Assembly: GCA_020350285.1 (NCBI GenBank)
Contig: CP070708.1
Coordinates: 1,650,992 to 1,714,991, forward strand
DNA: 64,000 bases
Reading direction: 5' to 3'
From: Anaerolineaceae bacterium
Lineage (GTDB): Bacteria > Chloroflexota > Anaerolineae > Anaerolineales > E44-bin32
Shown here piece after piece: positions 39,849 to 50,587 of this stretch (its first letter is position 1; each line of letters opens with the position of its first letter). A model generated the notes under the pieces. That model did not search any database. It was not told the origin of the DNA and saw nothing but the letters and a program-made list of their open reading frames with translations. A program made the translations under genes and the position numbers.

Positions 39849-39969
39849 ATGATGTTTTCCAGACCTTGGTGTATCATTCTGAAGCCAAAATAATTAGCGC
39901 CTTCGTCATGATCATCAGGTATCATTAGGAAATCTAACGAGGGCTAAATTCAAGAACAAGGATGTTTAC

Positions 39970-40368
39970 ATGGATGACTTGTATCGTGAACAAATCATCG
40001 ATCGGTATAAATATCCCGTCATGAAGGGCACTCTAGAACCGAACGATTTCTCCTATGAAGATGACAATCCTTTATGCGGTGATCGAATTCGGATCGATGT
40101 GCGCGTGGATGATGATGAGATCGTTACGGAGGCTGCCTTCAATGGTACAGGATGCGCCATCTCGCAGGCTTCAGCGGATCTGCTGATGGAATCGATCGTT
40201 GGTAAGAACCTCAACGAGGTTAAGGGGTTGACAAAAGAAGACATTCTCGAGATGCTCGGGATCCAACTGGGACCTGTACGTCTAAAATGCGCGTTGCTGT
40301 CACTGAAGGTCCTCAAGGCTAGTGTGTATGGCCTCGATGAGCTGGAGGAGGAACTGGCTCAGATCTAG
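39970..40368 (+). CDS. sufU: SufU/IscU-family sulfur-transfer or scaffold protein
   Basis: NPLCGD, GCAISQAS and RLKCA motifs. Confidence 0.93.
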   Translation: MDDLYREQIIDRYKYPVMKGTLEPNDFSYEDDNPLCGDRIRIDVRVDDDEIVTEAAFNGTGCAISQASADLLMESIVGKNLNEVKGLTKEDILEMLGIQLGPVRLKCALLSLKVLKASVYGLDELEEELAQI

Positions 40369-40410
40369 ACCATAGATCGATGATCTAGAACATACCTAGA
40401 AGTGGGGCGG

Positions 40411-40764
40411 ATGTTCAACTACCGAAAATTCGAGGAAGACCAAGTGGAATTTGTAACCGTCGCATCGATTGATGAGTTGGTGAATGGGGAGAGAATGATC
40501 TTCGAGATCGGCGATTTGCCGGTTGCTTTATTCAATCTCGGTGGTCAATATTATGCCATCGCAGATCTCTGTTCACATGACGACGGTCCTGTGGCGGAGG
40601 GTGAGTTGGAGGGGTTGGAGATCGTTTGCCCGCGGCACGGTGCACGCTTTAATCTTGAGACTGGGGAAGCTTTGACTTTGCCTGCGGTGGTGGATATCCC
40701 TACATACCCTGTGCGGGTTGTGGGGAATGAGATTCAAATTGGGATTCCTATTACGGAAGATTGA
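40411..40764 (+). CDS. Rieske-type ferredoxin
   Basis: CSH...CPRHG ligands. Confidence 0.93.
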   Translation: MFNYRKFEEDQVEFVTVASIDELVNGERMIFEIGDLPVALFNLGGQYYAIADLCSHDDGPVAEGELEGLEIVCPRHGARFNLETGEALTLPAVVDIPTYPVRVVGNEIQIGIPITED

Positions 40765-40829
40765 GGTCTACTGATAAACCGTTGTTTAATTATCCTGCCA
40801 ATCTCATTTACGCAGGATATTGTTTTTAA

Positions 40830-41122
40830 TGTCATTCCGAGCACCGTGAGGTGCGAGGAATCCCTGATATGTAGCGCATTATAAGGATCATCACTGGAAT
40901 TCCTCGTCGCGATGCTCCTCGGAATGACACATTTCTAATTGTCATTGAGAATGCCGGAGGCGCGAAGCAATCTCCTTTATTAAAAAGAATTGCATTGTCA
41001 CCCTAACGGGCTCCTCGCAATGACATATAAAAAGAGGTAGGGGCGACTGGCCAGTCGCCCCTACTTCATATAATAAATAGTGTTCTTCAGATCATGTAGG
41101 GGCGGTTGGCGAAACGCCCTAT
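40830..41122. repeat. Cluster of two TGTCATT-ended elements and two GTAG-type REP-like palindromes
   Basis: TGTCATT...AATGACA at 40830-40929 and 40940-41025; perfect 28-bp palindrome at 41037-41064; degenerate copy at 41096-41122. Confidence 0.88.
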
Positions 41123-41338
41123 GATAGTGAAATCCAAGACATGATCGTCTGTGAGTGAGATTTTTCTGAGGCATCTTGATAGGAACACTCGAAACTGATT
41201 TTCATTCACACGAAACCCTGCGAAATGTCCTGACATCCTCTTATTTTTAATGTATCATTGTGCGGATGCTCTGCGCCGTGCCCGCGGTCGTGGCGGACGC
41301 GGCGCGGATCATATGTCTGAGCAATCAGGAGGGATTGA

Positions 41339-44032
41339 GTGATGTTGCAAAAGTGGGTTTATCTCTTCGACGAGGTCGAAGAGGCGGAGGAAGTAGCGAA
41401 AAGCTGGGATGGCGTTCGAGCACTGCTAGGTGGTAAGGGCGCTAATCTGGCTGAGATGACCCGCATAAATGTGCCTGTCCCGCCAGGCTTCACCGTGACG
41501 ACAGAGGCCTGCAACGCGTATTTAGCGGTCGGTGAAACATTCCCCGAAGGGATGTGGGAACAGGAGCTAGACGCCCTGAAAGCGGTGGAAAAGAAGACGG
41601 GTAAAAAATTCGGTGACCCTAAAAACCCGTTGCTTGTCTCCAGCCGATCGGGAGCAAAATTTTCCATGCCCGGTATGATGGATACGGTTTTGAACATAGG
41701 ACTCAATGATGAGACAGCGAAGGGTATGATCGATTTGACCGGTGATCCACGTTTCGTTTATGACTCCTATCGCCGTTTGGTCCAGATGTTTGGTGCGGTG
41801 GTCATGGGTGTTCCGGACGAACCCTTTGAGGAAGTCATCACTGAGTTTCGCGAGAAACGTGGCGTCAAGATCGATGCAGAACTCACGGCTGAGGATTGGA
41901 TGGCGATCACCGAAGAGTTCAAGAAGATCGTGAAGGAACATACAGGGAAAGAGTTCCCCTTGGACCCACACGAACAGCTCCGTATGGCGACGGAGGCGGT
42001 GTTCAAATCTTGGAACGGCAAACGTGCGGTGGACTATCGCAATGCGGCTGGTATCCCACATGACCTGGGGACTGGCGTGAACATCCAAACCATGGTCTTC
42101 GGCAACATGGGTGACGATTCCGGCACGGGCGTGGCCACTTCACGCAACGTTTCTACTGGAGAGCATGACATCGAGGGTGATTACTTGATCAACGCTCAGG
42201 GGGAGGACGTGGTCGCGGGGATCCGATTGACAAAGCCGATCGCAGAACTCAAGGCGGACATGCCTAAGATCTATTCCGAGTTCGAAGAGATTAACAAGGT
42301 TTTAGAGAAACATTATCGAGAAGTGCAGGATGTCGAGTTCACCATTGAAAATGGCAAACTCTGGATGCTCCAAACCCGCGATAGTAAACGTACTGCACAA
42401 GCCGCGGTGCGCATAGCCGTCGATCTGGCCGAGGAGGGGTTGATCTCTCAGCAAGAAGCGGTGTTACGAGTGACACCGGATCAAGTGGATTTCTTCCTCC
42501 ACCCACAATTTGAACCCGTAGCTAAGAAGACTGCTGCTGATGAAGGGAAGAAGATCGCCACCGGTTTGAACGTCTCTCCAGGAGCGGCAGTAGGTCAGGT
42601 CGCTTTCGATGCTGATTTAGCCGCCAAGTGGGCTAAGGAGGAGGGTTATCACGTCATCATGGTTCGCCCTGAGACTAAACCCGATGATGTGCACGGCATG
42701 CTGGCTGCGGAAGGGATTCTCACCAGCCGCGGCGGTCGAACCAGCCACGCTGCTTTGGTGGCACGGCAGTTTGGAAAGCCAGCCGTGGTCGGTGTCGCTG
42801 CGTTGGAGATCGATTTGGAGAAGCGTCAGATGTCCGTGGACGGTCGCACGATCAAAGAAGGCGATTGGATCTCGATCGACGGTACGGAGGGGGAGGTGTT
42901 TCTCGGTCAACTCCAAACCATGGTGCCCGATATCAACGATCCCTATCTGATCAAACTCCTGTCCTGGGCGGACGAGTTCCGCCGACTGGGGGTGTGGGCG
43001 AATGCCGACTACCCACCTGATGCTCAACGTGCCCGAGATTATGGTGCACAGGGTATCGGCCTGTGTCGCACTGAGCATATGTTCTTCGAGACCGAGCGTT
43101 TGCCTTACGTACAGCAGATGATCCTCGCTAAAACAGAGGAAGAAAGAGATGCGGCCCTCGAGAAGTTGCTGCCTTTCCAGCGTTCTGATTTTGAGGGGTT
43201 ATTCCGGGTGATGGATGGGTTGCCGGTCATCGTTCGATTGATCGATCCGCCATTGCACGAATTCCTCCCCGGTCATGAGGAGCTGCTCGTTGAGGTCACG
43301 GAGTTGAGGACCACAGGAAACGATCCTAAGTTGTTGTCCGAGAAAGAGAAGATGCTAACGGCAGTCGAATCGATGCGCGAGGCCAATCCCATGTTGGGTT
43401 TGCGTGGTGTTCGATTGGGTATTCACATGCCTGGCGTGACCAAGATGCAGGTTCGGGCGATCTTCGAGGCCGCGTGTAAGGTTGCCAAGGACGGAGTCGT
43501 CGTCATTCCTGAAGTCATGATTCCGCTGACCAGCCACGTCAATGAGTTGAAAGATCAGCAAGCAGCCCTTGAAGAGGTTGCCAAGCAAGTGATGGAGGAG
43601 CAGGGGATTGAGGTAGAGTACAAGTTTGGGACGATGATCGAGATCCCACGTGCAGCATTGACGGCTAAAGAGATCGCTCAGTATGCACAATTCTTCTCAT
43701 TCGGAACCAACGATTTAACCCAAACCACGTTCGGTATCAGTCGCGACGATGCTGAAGCCGGATTTCTCATCGAATACATTGAGAAGAGGATCCTGCCGGG
43801 TAACCCATTCCAATCCATTGATGGCGATGGTGTCGGTCGGTTAATGCGTCTGGCCACGGATGAAGGTCGCGAAACTCGTCCGGACTTGGAAGTGGGGATC
43901 TGTGGAGAACATGGTGGTGATCCAGATTCCATTTTGTTGTGCCATAAGTATGGTTTGAATTATGTCAGCTGCTCACCTTTTAGGGTTCCGGTTGCACGAC
44001 TGGCGGCGGCGCACGCATCTTTGAAGGAGTAG
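41339..44032 (+). CDS. ppdK: Pyruvate, phosphate dikinase
   Basis: GGKGANLAEM, SMPGMMDT, GGRTSHAA, FSFGTNDLTQ and GICGEHGG motifs. Confidence 0.98.
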   Translation: MMLQKWVYLFDEVEEAEEVAKSWDGVRALLGGKGANLAEMTRINVPVPPGFTVTTEACNAYLAVGETFPEGMWEQELDALKAVEKKTGKKFGDPKNPLLVSSRSGAKFSMPGMMDTVLNIGLNDETAKGMIDLTGDPRFVYDSYRRLVQMFGAVVMGVPDEPFEEVITEFREKRGVKIDAELTAEDWMAITEEFKKIVKEHTGKEFPLDPHEQLRMATEAVFKSWNGKRAVDYRNAAGIPHDLGTGVNIQTMVFGNMGDDSGTGVATSRNVSTGEHDIEGDYLINAQGEDVVAGIRLTKPIAELKADMPKIYSEFEEINKVLEKHYREVQDVEFTIENGKLWMLQTRDSKRTAQAAVRIAVDLAEEGLISQQEAVLRVTPDQVDFFLHPQFEPVAKKTAADEGKKIATGLNVSPGAAVGQVAFDADLAAKWAKEEGYHVIMVRPETKPDDVHGMLAAEGILTSRGGRTSHAALVARQFGKPAVVGVAALEIDLEKRQMSVDGRTIKEGDWISIDGTEGEVFLGQLQTMVPDINDPYLIKLLSWADEFRRLGVWANADYPPDAQRARDYGAQGIGLCRTEHMFFETERLPYVQQMILAKTEEERDAALEKLLPFQRSDFEGLFRVMDGLPVIVRLIDPPLHEFLPGHEELLVEVTELRTTGNDPKLLSEKEKMLTAVESMREANPMLGLRGVRLGIHMPGVTKMQVRAIFEAACKVAKDGVVVIPEVMIPLTSHVNELKDQQAALEEVAKQVMEEQGIEVEYKFGTMIEIPRAALTAKEIAQYAQFFSFGTNDLTQTTFGISRDDAEAGFLIEYIEKRILPGNPFQSIDGDGVGRLMRLATDEGRETRPDLEVGICGEHGGDPDSILLCHKYGLNYVSCSPFRVPVARLAAAHASLKE

Positions 44033-44062
44033 GAAAAACGACATTTGGTTAGTTGAAGTCTG

Positions 44063-44092
44063 GGCGCACGGAAAACCGTGCGCCTTTTTCTT
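44063..44092 (+). terminator. Intrinsic terminator of ppdK
   Basis: GGCGCACGG-aaaa-CCGTGCGCC-TTTTTCTT. Confidence 0.88.
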
Positions 44093-44402
44093 GTCAACAG
44101 ATCGGAGAATCCAAAATAATGAAGCAAAAAAATGCGCATAGCCATAGATTATTGGCAAGGTCAGCTTCTTGAAGCATCCTGATGGTTATAAGACTGGCGT
44201 ACAAACATGGAATACCGAGAGTTCAAGGAAGGGAAGACGGACTTTGACTTCATTTCTACTCTGTCATATTGAGGGCTATGTTAAAATCAACATTGTTATT
44301 TCGAGGACAATCATGAGTTCTATGTTGTTTTGGGTTACCGGGACACCGGTTAATGGGACCAAATAACAAACGCATCTTTAATGCTTGAAAGGACATAAAA
44401 CC

Positions 44403-45269
44403 ATGGAACAATCGGATCGTAATGTGCTTATCGCTCTACCCATTGTCGTCCTGATTGGACTGGGGATCGCGTTTGCCGGTAGTCAAGGTGGCGCCTCTGC
44501 CTTTGGGATTCCGATCTTCGCACTATCGGTCGGACTGGCGTTCTTGATCAACTGGTTGGCTTTTATCCCAGCTTACTTGCTGCAGACGGAAAAATTCTTT
44601 GATCTAACCGGCAGCATCTCTTATATCTCGGTGACAATCATCGCAGTTGTGCTCAGCCCAGTAATTGATGGTCGGTCGATCCTGCTCCTGACTCTTGTTT
44701 TAATCTGGGCAGCCCGTCTGGGAACCTTCTTGTTCCGCCGTATCCAGAAAGCTGGAAAAGACGCCCGTTTTGATGATCTTAAAACCTCCTTCATCCGCTT
44801 CCTCAGCACCTGGACCCTACAGGGGTTATGGGTGACCTTCACATTGGCTGCCGCATTGGCCGCTATCACATCGGACATCCGTAAAGAATTGGGCTTGTTT
44901 GCGCTGATTGGCACACTGATTTGGGTTTTCGGTTTCACTTTCGAAGTCATAGCCGACAGCCAAAAAAGTCGCTTTAGAGCCGACCCAGAGAACGAAGGTA
45001 AATTCATAAACACTGGTCTGTGGTCCAGATCCCGCCATCCCAACTACTTTGGCGAGATCGTGCTCTGGATTGGTGTAGCGGTCATCGCCTTGCCCATCCT
45101 TCGCGGATGGCAGTGGATCACACTGATTTCTCCCGTCTTTGTCACCCTGCTGCTTACCCGGATCAGCGGGATTCCAATGTTGGAGAAAAGGGCCGATGAA
45201 AAATGGGGTGGCCAGGATGACTACGAGGCCTATAAAGAACAGACCCCAGTTCTGATTCCGCGGCCTTGA
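44403..45269 (+). CDS. DUF1295 / steroid 5-alpha-reductase-like membrane protein
   Basis: ADSQK..F and GLWSRSRHPNYFGE motifs. Confidence 0.92.
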   Translation: MEQSDRNVLIALPIVVLIGLGIAFAGSQGGASAFGIPIFALSVGLAFLINWLAFIPAYLLQTEKFFDLTGSISYISVTIIAVVLSPVIDGRSILLLTLVLIWAARLGTFLFRRIQKAGKDARFDDLKTSFIRFLSTWTLQGLWVTFTLAAALAAITSDIRKELGLFALIGTLIWVFGFTFEVIADSQKSRFRADPENEGKFINTGLWSRSRHPNYFGEIVLWIGVAVIALPILRGWQWITLISPVFVTLLLTRISGIPMLEKRADEKWGGQDDYEAYKEQTPVLIPRP

Positions 45270-45381
45270 TTCTAATTCGCGCGTTCAGTTTGAACGCATA
45301 AATAATTAGACAAAGAATCAAATTAGCACGACCTGATCAACCATCTCAACATACAGATATTAGACATTGGGATGGCATCCG

Positions 45382-45828
45382 ATGAACCGAATTATCCACA
45401 AAGTTGCAGCCTATATTACCTGTAATGATCAGCTACTCGTCTTTAGACATGTCGATTATCCTGAGGCGGGTATTCAGGTCCCTGCAGGCACAGTTGGAGA
45501 GGGTGAGTCCTTTGATCAGGCTGTATTGCGGGAAGCATATGAGGAAACAGGATTACCGGACCTACGCATTGAATCCTATTTGGGGAGATGTGTCTATGAT
45601 ATGCGTCCGATCACCGGCCAGGATGTGGATATCCATCGGCACTATTATCATTTATCGATCCCTGGACCTATTGAAAGTAAGCGATGGCAACATTGGGAGA
45701 TGATCCCATCAGAAGGGGAGACAGAGCCAATCTTATTTGAACTGTATTGGGTGGATTACCCTGAGGAGATCCCTGAGCTATCCGGAGAATTGGGCGACAT
45801 GCTCGATAAGCTTATAATCGATTTCTAA
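45382..45828 (+). CDS. NUDIX hydrolase
   Basis: PAGTVGEGE...AVLREAYEETGL Nudix box. Confidence 0.92.
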   Translation: MNRIIHKVAAYITCNDQLLVFRHVDYPEAGIQVPAGTVGEGESFDQAVLREAYEETGLPDLRIESYLGRCVYDMRPITGQDVDIHRHYYHLSIPGPIESKRWQHWEMIPSEGETEPILFELYWVDYPEEIPELSGELGDMLDKLIIDF

Positions 45829-45930
45829 TGTCTTGTAGGAGCGGATCCGCTGAACTGTTAACATACCAATTGAGTAATTCTTGTGGGACCACTCAGCTTA
45901 AGGCTTTTATCCCCTGGGACTAGGTCTACA

Positions 45931-46431
45931 ATGGGAATGATGATGAGGCATTCTCTTGCACTAATTAGGTTTGTTGTCTTCCTAACTGCCTGTACCGCTA
46001 GCGATGCCCCAATAATCGAGTCAGCAGTTGATACATCACTATTCGATGGAGATTACACACTGGTAGAGGCTGACACATTTGCCACGCTGATAGAAGAGAT
46101 TGAAAGAACTGAAGATCAAGAACGAAGAAAAGCCCTTGAAGTGATACTGCAATCTGAGGTCGATCTATATAGTCATTTCGTGATGGAGCACGGCGTTATT
46201 CGATCAGGGAAACTCATCATCCAAGAAATCTCTCTGACTTCCGGAACACTCGAAGGGAATACTCTCCAAGGCACTGCAATTTGGCATGAGGATATCCGAC
46301 ATCCTGGAGACATGGCGGAAGTCAATGTTGAGCTTTCTATTGAAGATAATCTGCTCTATTTCACGTATCATGAAAGCGATATACAGGCAGCAGATGCTAT
46401 TGTTCTGATAAGAGATTCTCAAGACAATTGA
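45931..46431 (+). CDS. Putative lipoprotein
   Basis: Hydrophobic signal ending in an LTAC lipobox; acidic mature part. Confidence 0.65.
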   Translation: MGMMMRHSLALIRFVVFLTACTASDAPIIESAVDTSLFDGDYTLVEADTFATLIEEIERTEDQERRKALEVILQSEVDLYSHFVMEHGVIRSGKLIIQEISLTSGTLEGNTLQGTAIWHEDIRHPGDMAEVNVELSIEDNLLYFTYHESDIQAADAIVLIRDSQDN

Positions 46432-46586
46432 CCACAGTCTTCAAGTAGTGAAGCGGTTTGTCACATCAAAGTATATAAATAATCGATAGAGCGTCCCCGT
46501 CGTAGCTGAAATCGCAGCTAAGGTGTCGCCCTTTGGGAGTCATTTCCTTGGGAGGATCTTCTGGCATTAATGAAATTCAAGGGAGC

Positions 46587-47186
46587 ATGATCTGCATTTC
46601 GGCAGGTGTGTTTCTGTATGGCGAGGGGAAGGAAAGGCTCGAACTGCCCGAATTCTGGATAGCCAGAGCACCTGTGACCAATGCTGAGTATGCCCAGTTT
46701 GTGATTGCCACAGCGTATGAACCACCGAGTCATTGGAAAGCAGGTGTTCCACCTGATGAGATTTTAAACCACCCGGTGACTCATGTTTCTTGGAATGACG
46801 CTATGGCTTATGCGGAGTGGGTAGGCAAACGCTTACCTACCGAGGAGGAATGGGAGAAGGCTGCCCGTGGTCTTGAAGGGTGGGCGTACCCTTGGGGGGA
46901 GTGGGAAGAGGGGTGCTGTAATACGAAAGAGGCTGGTGTAGGAACCACTACACCGGTGGGACTGTATTCACCAAAGGGTGATAGCCCGTATGGTTGTGTG
47001 GACATGGCGGGGAATGTCTTGGAGTGGACAGCAAGCATGGACGGCAAGTATCAGATCTTGCGTGGTGGGGCATATAATCATGGGCAGGAGCTTGCCTACA
47101 GTGCATTCCGCATCAGACACAAACCTAGCTATCGATACAGGAATATTGGATTTCGGGTAGGGAGTACAACACATTGTGCAACGTGA
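46587..47186 (+). CDS. FGE-sulfatase (SUMF1/EgtB/PvdO) domain protein, stand-alone
   Basis: PVTNAEY, RLPTEEEWEKAARG, DMAGNVLEW and GFR motifs. Confidence 0.9.
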   Translation: MICISAGVFLYGEGKERLELPEFWIARAPVTNAEYAQFVIATAYEPPSHWKAGVPPDEILNHPVTHVSWNDAMAYAEWVGKRLPTEEEWEKAARGLEGWAYPWGEWEEGCCNTKEAGVGTTTPVGLYSPKGDSPYGCVDMAGNVLEWTASMDGKYQILRGGAYNHGQELAYSAFRIRHKPSYRYRNIGFRVGSTTHCAT

Positions 47187-47287
47187 AAGCCCCAACAGAA
47201 GCTCTGCTGCGTATTTAAGTAAATGCTTAGGTGGTGTCTAAGCATATCCGGATCACTTCTCAAACTCAAGCTCAAAGGATTTTATAA

Positions 47288-48091
47288 ATGAATAATTCTG
47301 TGGGATACGAAGATCACCCATTTGTTGCAGAGTTTTACGATCATGTGATCCCGTATCGGGATCGAGGTGACATTTCCTTCTACTTGGAAGCGGCAGAAGA
47401 AACCGCTGGTCCTGTGCTCGAGTTAGGATGTGGTACTGGAAGGGTTCTGATCCCAGTAGCGCGTGCGGGGATCGAAATCGTCGGAATTGATCTCTCTCAA
47501 AATATGCTTGATGTGTGCCGGGAGCGATTGGAACAGGAACCTGAAGAAGTACGGTCACGAGCTCAGGTTTTCCAAGCCGATATGCGGGATTTCGACCTTG
47601 ACCGGACCTTCAGTTTGATAACCACTCCCTTCCGTTCATTCCAACATCTGATAACCGTGGAAGAACAAATTTCATGCCTCGAGTGTGCCAACCGACATCT
47701 GGTGGAAGGTGGTCGCTTGATTCTCGATATCTTCAATCCATCCTTGGAAACATTGACAAGGGATAATCTAGGCGAGGAGTTTGGTGAAGGGCCGAGTTTT
47801 GAGATGCCCGATGGCAGGCAGGTAGAGCGCGGTCATATCGTTTCCGCAAGGGATCTATTCAATCAAGTCATTCAGGCAGAGCTTATCTACTACGTGACAT
47901 ATCCCGATGGTAGAGAGGAGCGTCTGGTGCATTCGTTCCCCCTGCGCTATCTGTTTCGCTACGAAGCGCAGCACCTGCTCGAGCGATGTGGGTTTGAAGT
48001 GGTGGATGTATACACCGACTTTGACAAGAGCCCATATGGTTCTAAATATCCCGGGGAGCTCCTATTCGTGGCGATAAAGTCCCATACCTGA
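47288..48091 (+). CDS. Class I SAM-dependent methyltransferase
   Basis: VLELGCGTGR, GIDLS and ADMRDF motifs. Confidence 0.93.
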   Translation: MNNSVGYEDHPFVAEFYDHVIPYRDRGDISFYLEAAEETAGPVLELGCGTGRVLIPVARAGIEIVGIDLSQNMLDVCRERLEQEPEEVRSRAQVFQADMRDFDLDRTFSLITTPFRSFQHLITVEEQISCLECANRHLVEGGRLILDIFNPSLETLTRDNLGEEFGEGPSFEMPDGRQVERGHIVSARDLFNQVIQAELIYYVTYPDGREERLVHSFPLRYLFRYEAQHLLERCGFEVVDVYTDFDKSPYGSKYPGELLFVAIKSHT

Positions 48092-48248
48092 TGGTTGATC
48101 CAAGCTGCCAAGCAACTCCCAGGAGCGAACATTGATTCAATGTGAAAATCGATCGAGAACAACTTCACCGCTCCCTTCAACTCGAGACTGGTAGACATCT
48201 TCAATCATGGAGTAATAGAATCTCCATGACCAAAAGTGAGAGAAGACC

Positions 48249-48974
48249 ATGGACTTTGTAGTAGAAACACATGACCTGCGTAAATATTTTGGTTCTATCC
48301 ACGCCGTCGATGGCGTGGACCTTTCCGTAGGGCGCGGTGAGATCTATGGGCTGATAGGTCCGAATGGATCGGGTAAAACGACGCTGATCCGTCTGCTCAT
48401 CGGACTGCTTCGCCCTACATCGGGCAGCATCAGATTGCTGGGTGAAGATATGCCAAATAAGGCCATCCTGGCGCAAACGGGTTACATGACTCAGGCCAGT
48501 GCCCTTTACGAAGAGTTGACCGTGCGTGAGAATGTCGCCTTTTTCGCTGACATGTGCGGTAAGTATGACCCGACGTGGAGAGACGAGGTCATCGAGCTTG
48601 TGAACCTCCAGGATCGTTCCCGCAGTCTTATTCGAACCCTATCGGGAGGGCTCAGGCAGAGAACATCGCTGGCTTGTGCATTAGCCCACAAGCCACGTCT
48701 TCTGCTGCTCGATGAGCCAACCGTAGGCGTTGATCCTCAACTCAGAGCCACGTTCTGGTCCTACTTCCGCAGCTTGGCCGATACAGGGATTACGCTGATT
48801 ATCTCAAGTCATGTGATGGACGAGGCTGAACGTTGCGATCGATTGGGTTTCTTGCGTCAAGGTAAACTCTTAGCCGAGGGCACACCCGCAGTGTTGCGCA
48901 ACCAGAAAGGCACAACCACCCTGGAAGAAGCCTTTCTGCAATTCGCGGTTGAAGCCACGGAAGGAGGCGAGTGA
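48249..48974 (+). CDS. ABC transporter ATP-binding protein (drug-export type)
   Basis: GPNGSGKTT, LSGG and LDEPT motifs. Confidence 0.95.
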   Translation: MDFVVETHDLRKYFGSIHAVDGVDLSVGRGEIYGLIGPNGSGKTTLIRLLIGLLRPTSGSIRLLGEDMPNKAILAQTGYMTQASALYEELTVRENVAFFADMCGKYDPTWRDEVIELVNLQDRSRSLIRTLSGGLRQRTSLACALAHKPRLLLLDEPTVGVDPQLRATFWSYFRSLADTGITLIISSHVMDEAERCDRLGFLRQGKLLAEGTPAVLRNQKGTTTLEEAFLQFAVEATEGGE

Positions 48975-50143
48975 TGAATCTACGGCGTGTTCTGACCATC
49001 ACTCGCCGGGTCATGAGGCAGATCTTGCGCGACCGCAGGACAGTTGCATTGATCGTGTTTGCACCGATGCTCATGTTGACCCTCGGTGCGATCCTGTTCC
49101 GCTCCGATCCGGCGCCTATTCCCCTTGGCGTGCTCAATGTAGATCAAGGGGTCACGTCTCCCATTGTAGGCACAATCGAACTAGGCCAGCGTATCGTGGA
49201 TGAACTGGCTGCTAGCGACGATCTCGCTGTAGTAACCTTAAGCCAAGAAGAAGTGGATGACCGGCTGCGTGACGGCACCGTAGAGGCTGCACTTTATTTT
49301 CCCGAGGATTTCACAACCAGCTTTGTGGCGAATCGCCAAGCTGTTCTTGACCTCCTCCTGGAAGGCTCGAACCCCATGCGCAGCGTGACGATCACGGCCC
49401 ATGTGACTCAAGCGGCGATGAGGGGTTTAGCTGGCCTGGCAGGTACAGGTTTTGGTGTACCAAGTGTTCCCCAGGCCACTGAAGGAGAGACTGCATTACC
49501 GGTGTCGGTGCAAGCGACCTACCTCTATGGCGGAGAGGAGTTCGACACAATGGACTTCGTGGCGCCAGTTTACATAGCCCTCCTGAGTATGTTCTTCGTC
49601 TTTCTCTTAGCCTGCGTCGCGTTCCTGCGCGAGCGTTCACAAGGGACCATGGAGCGTCTAGCGGCCACCCCGGCGACCCAAATGGAAATCGTCCTGGGGT
49701 ACATGCTTGGTCTGGGTCTCTTTGCCTTGATCCAAGTTGCTGTGATCCTTTTCTTCACGATCTGGGTGATCAAGATCCATTACCTTGGAAGCCTGAGTTT
49801 GCTACTCCTCGTTATCGCCCTCTTAGCCATCGTGGGTGTCAATATGGGTATCCTGGCTTCAGCCTTTGCCCGCAATGAGTTCCAGGTCATCCAGTTCGTC
49901 CCACTTGTCATCATCCCCCAGGTATTGCTTGGAGGCACATTCTGGGCGGTGCAAGACATGCCCAATTTCCTTCAACCCTTCGCCTACATCATGCCTATCT
50001 ACTATGCAAATAACGCGCTTCGGGATGTGATGCTCAAGGGTTGGGGTTTGGCGGAGATTTGGCCCAATCTAGCTATCCTCGTAGGTATAACTGGGGTCCT
50101 CATCATCCTGAGTTCGATGATGATGCGGCGTGAAGTTTCCTGA
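48971..50143 (+). CDS. ABC-2 type permease
   Basis: RERSQGTMERL.ATP, six-TM layout; overlaps the ATPase gene. Confidence 0.93.
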   Translation: MMNLRRVLTITRRVMRQILRDRRTVALIVFAPMLMLTLGAILFRSDPAPIPLGVLNVDQGVTSPIVGTIELGQRIVDELAASDDLAVVTLSQEEVDDRLRDGTVEAALYFPEDFTTSFVANRQAVLDLLLEGSNPMRSVTITAHVTQAAMRGLAGLAGTGFGVPSVPQATEGETALPVSVQATYLYGGEEFDTMDFVAPVYIALLSMFFVFLLACVAFLRERSQGTMERLAATPATQMEIVLGYMLGLGLFALIQVAVILFFTIWVIKIHYLGSLSLLLLVIALLAIVGVNMGILASAFARNEFQVIQFVPLVIIPQVLLGGTFWAVQDMPNFLQPFAYIMPIYYANNALRDVMLKGWGLAEIWPNLAILVGITGVLIILSSMMMRREVS

Positions 50144-50154
50144 AGAGACGAACC

Positions 50155-50529
50155 ATGAATAGAGTCGACCCTAAGCTCACAGCATTGCAATTCAACGAAT
50201 ATATCAATTCCCAAGACATCGATGGACTATCAAGTCTGATGACAGAAGATCACACCTTTATTGACCGCAAAGATGAAGTTGACGAGGGAAAGGACACGAT
50301 GATCAAGGGATGGACGGAGTTCTTCAAGTCCTTTCCAGATTACAAGAACACATTCGAAAAGGTTGAATCTCGTGGCGATCTCGTAATCCTGTATGGTTTT
50401 GCTACATGGGAGAAGGGGTCAGATCCAGATTATGCGATATGGACAGCGCGTGTTGAAAGCGATCTGGTCGCGGAGTGGCGTATCTACGAATACACTGGGG
50501 AAAACAAAAGAAAATTCAACCTCGTGTAA
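50155..50529 (+). CDS. NTF2/SnoaL-like protein
   Basis: FNEYINSQDIDGL..LMTEDH.F.D, W..FF..FPDY and W.IY pattern. Confidence 0.85.
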   Translation: MNRVDPKLTALQFNEYINSQDIDGLSSLMTEDHTFIDRKDEVDEGKDTMIKGWTEFFKSFPDYKNTFEKVESRGDLVILYGFATWEKGSDPDYAIWTARVESDLVAEWRIYEYTGENKRKFNLV

Positions 50530-50587
50530 TTCTCTGAGCGATTGATTCGATCGACAACAACATTGAAAGAAGAGAGAAGATCTGATC

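Noticed and set aside
44180..44250. ZTP riboswitch-like GACTGGCG
   Set aside because: No closing P1 or 3' CGCCTGGG pseudoknot hairpin, and the downstream gene is unrelated to purine or folate metabolism.
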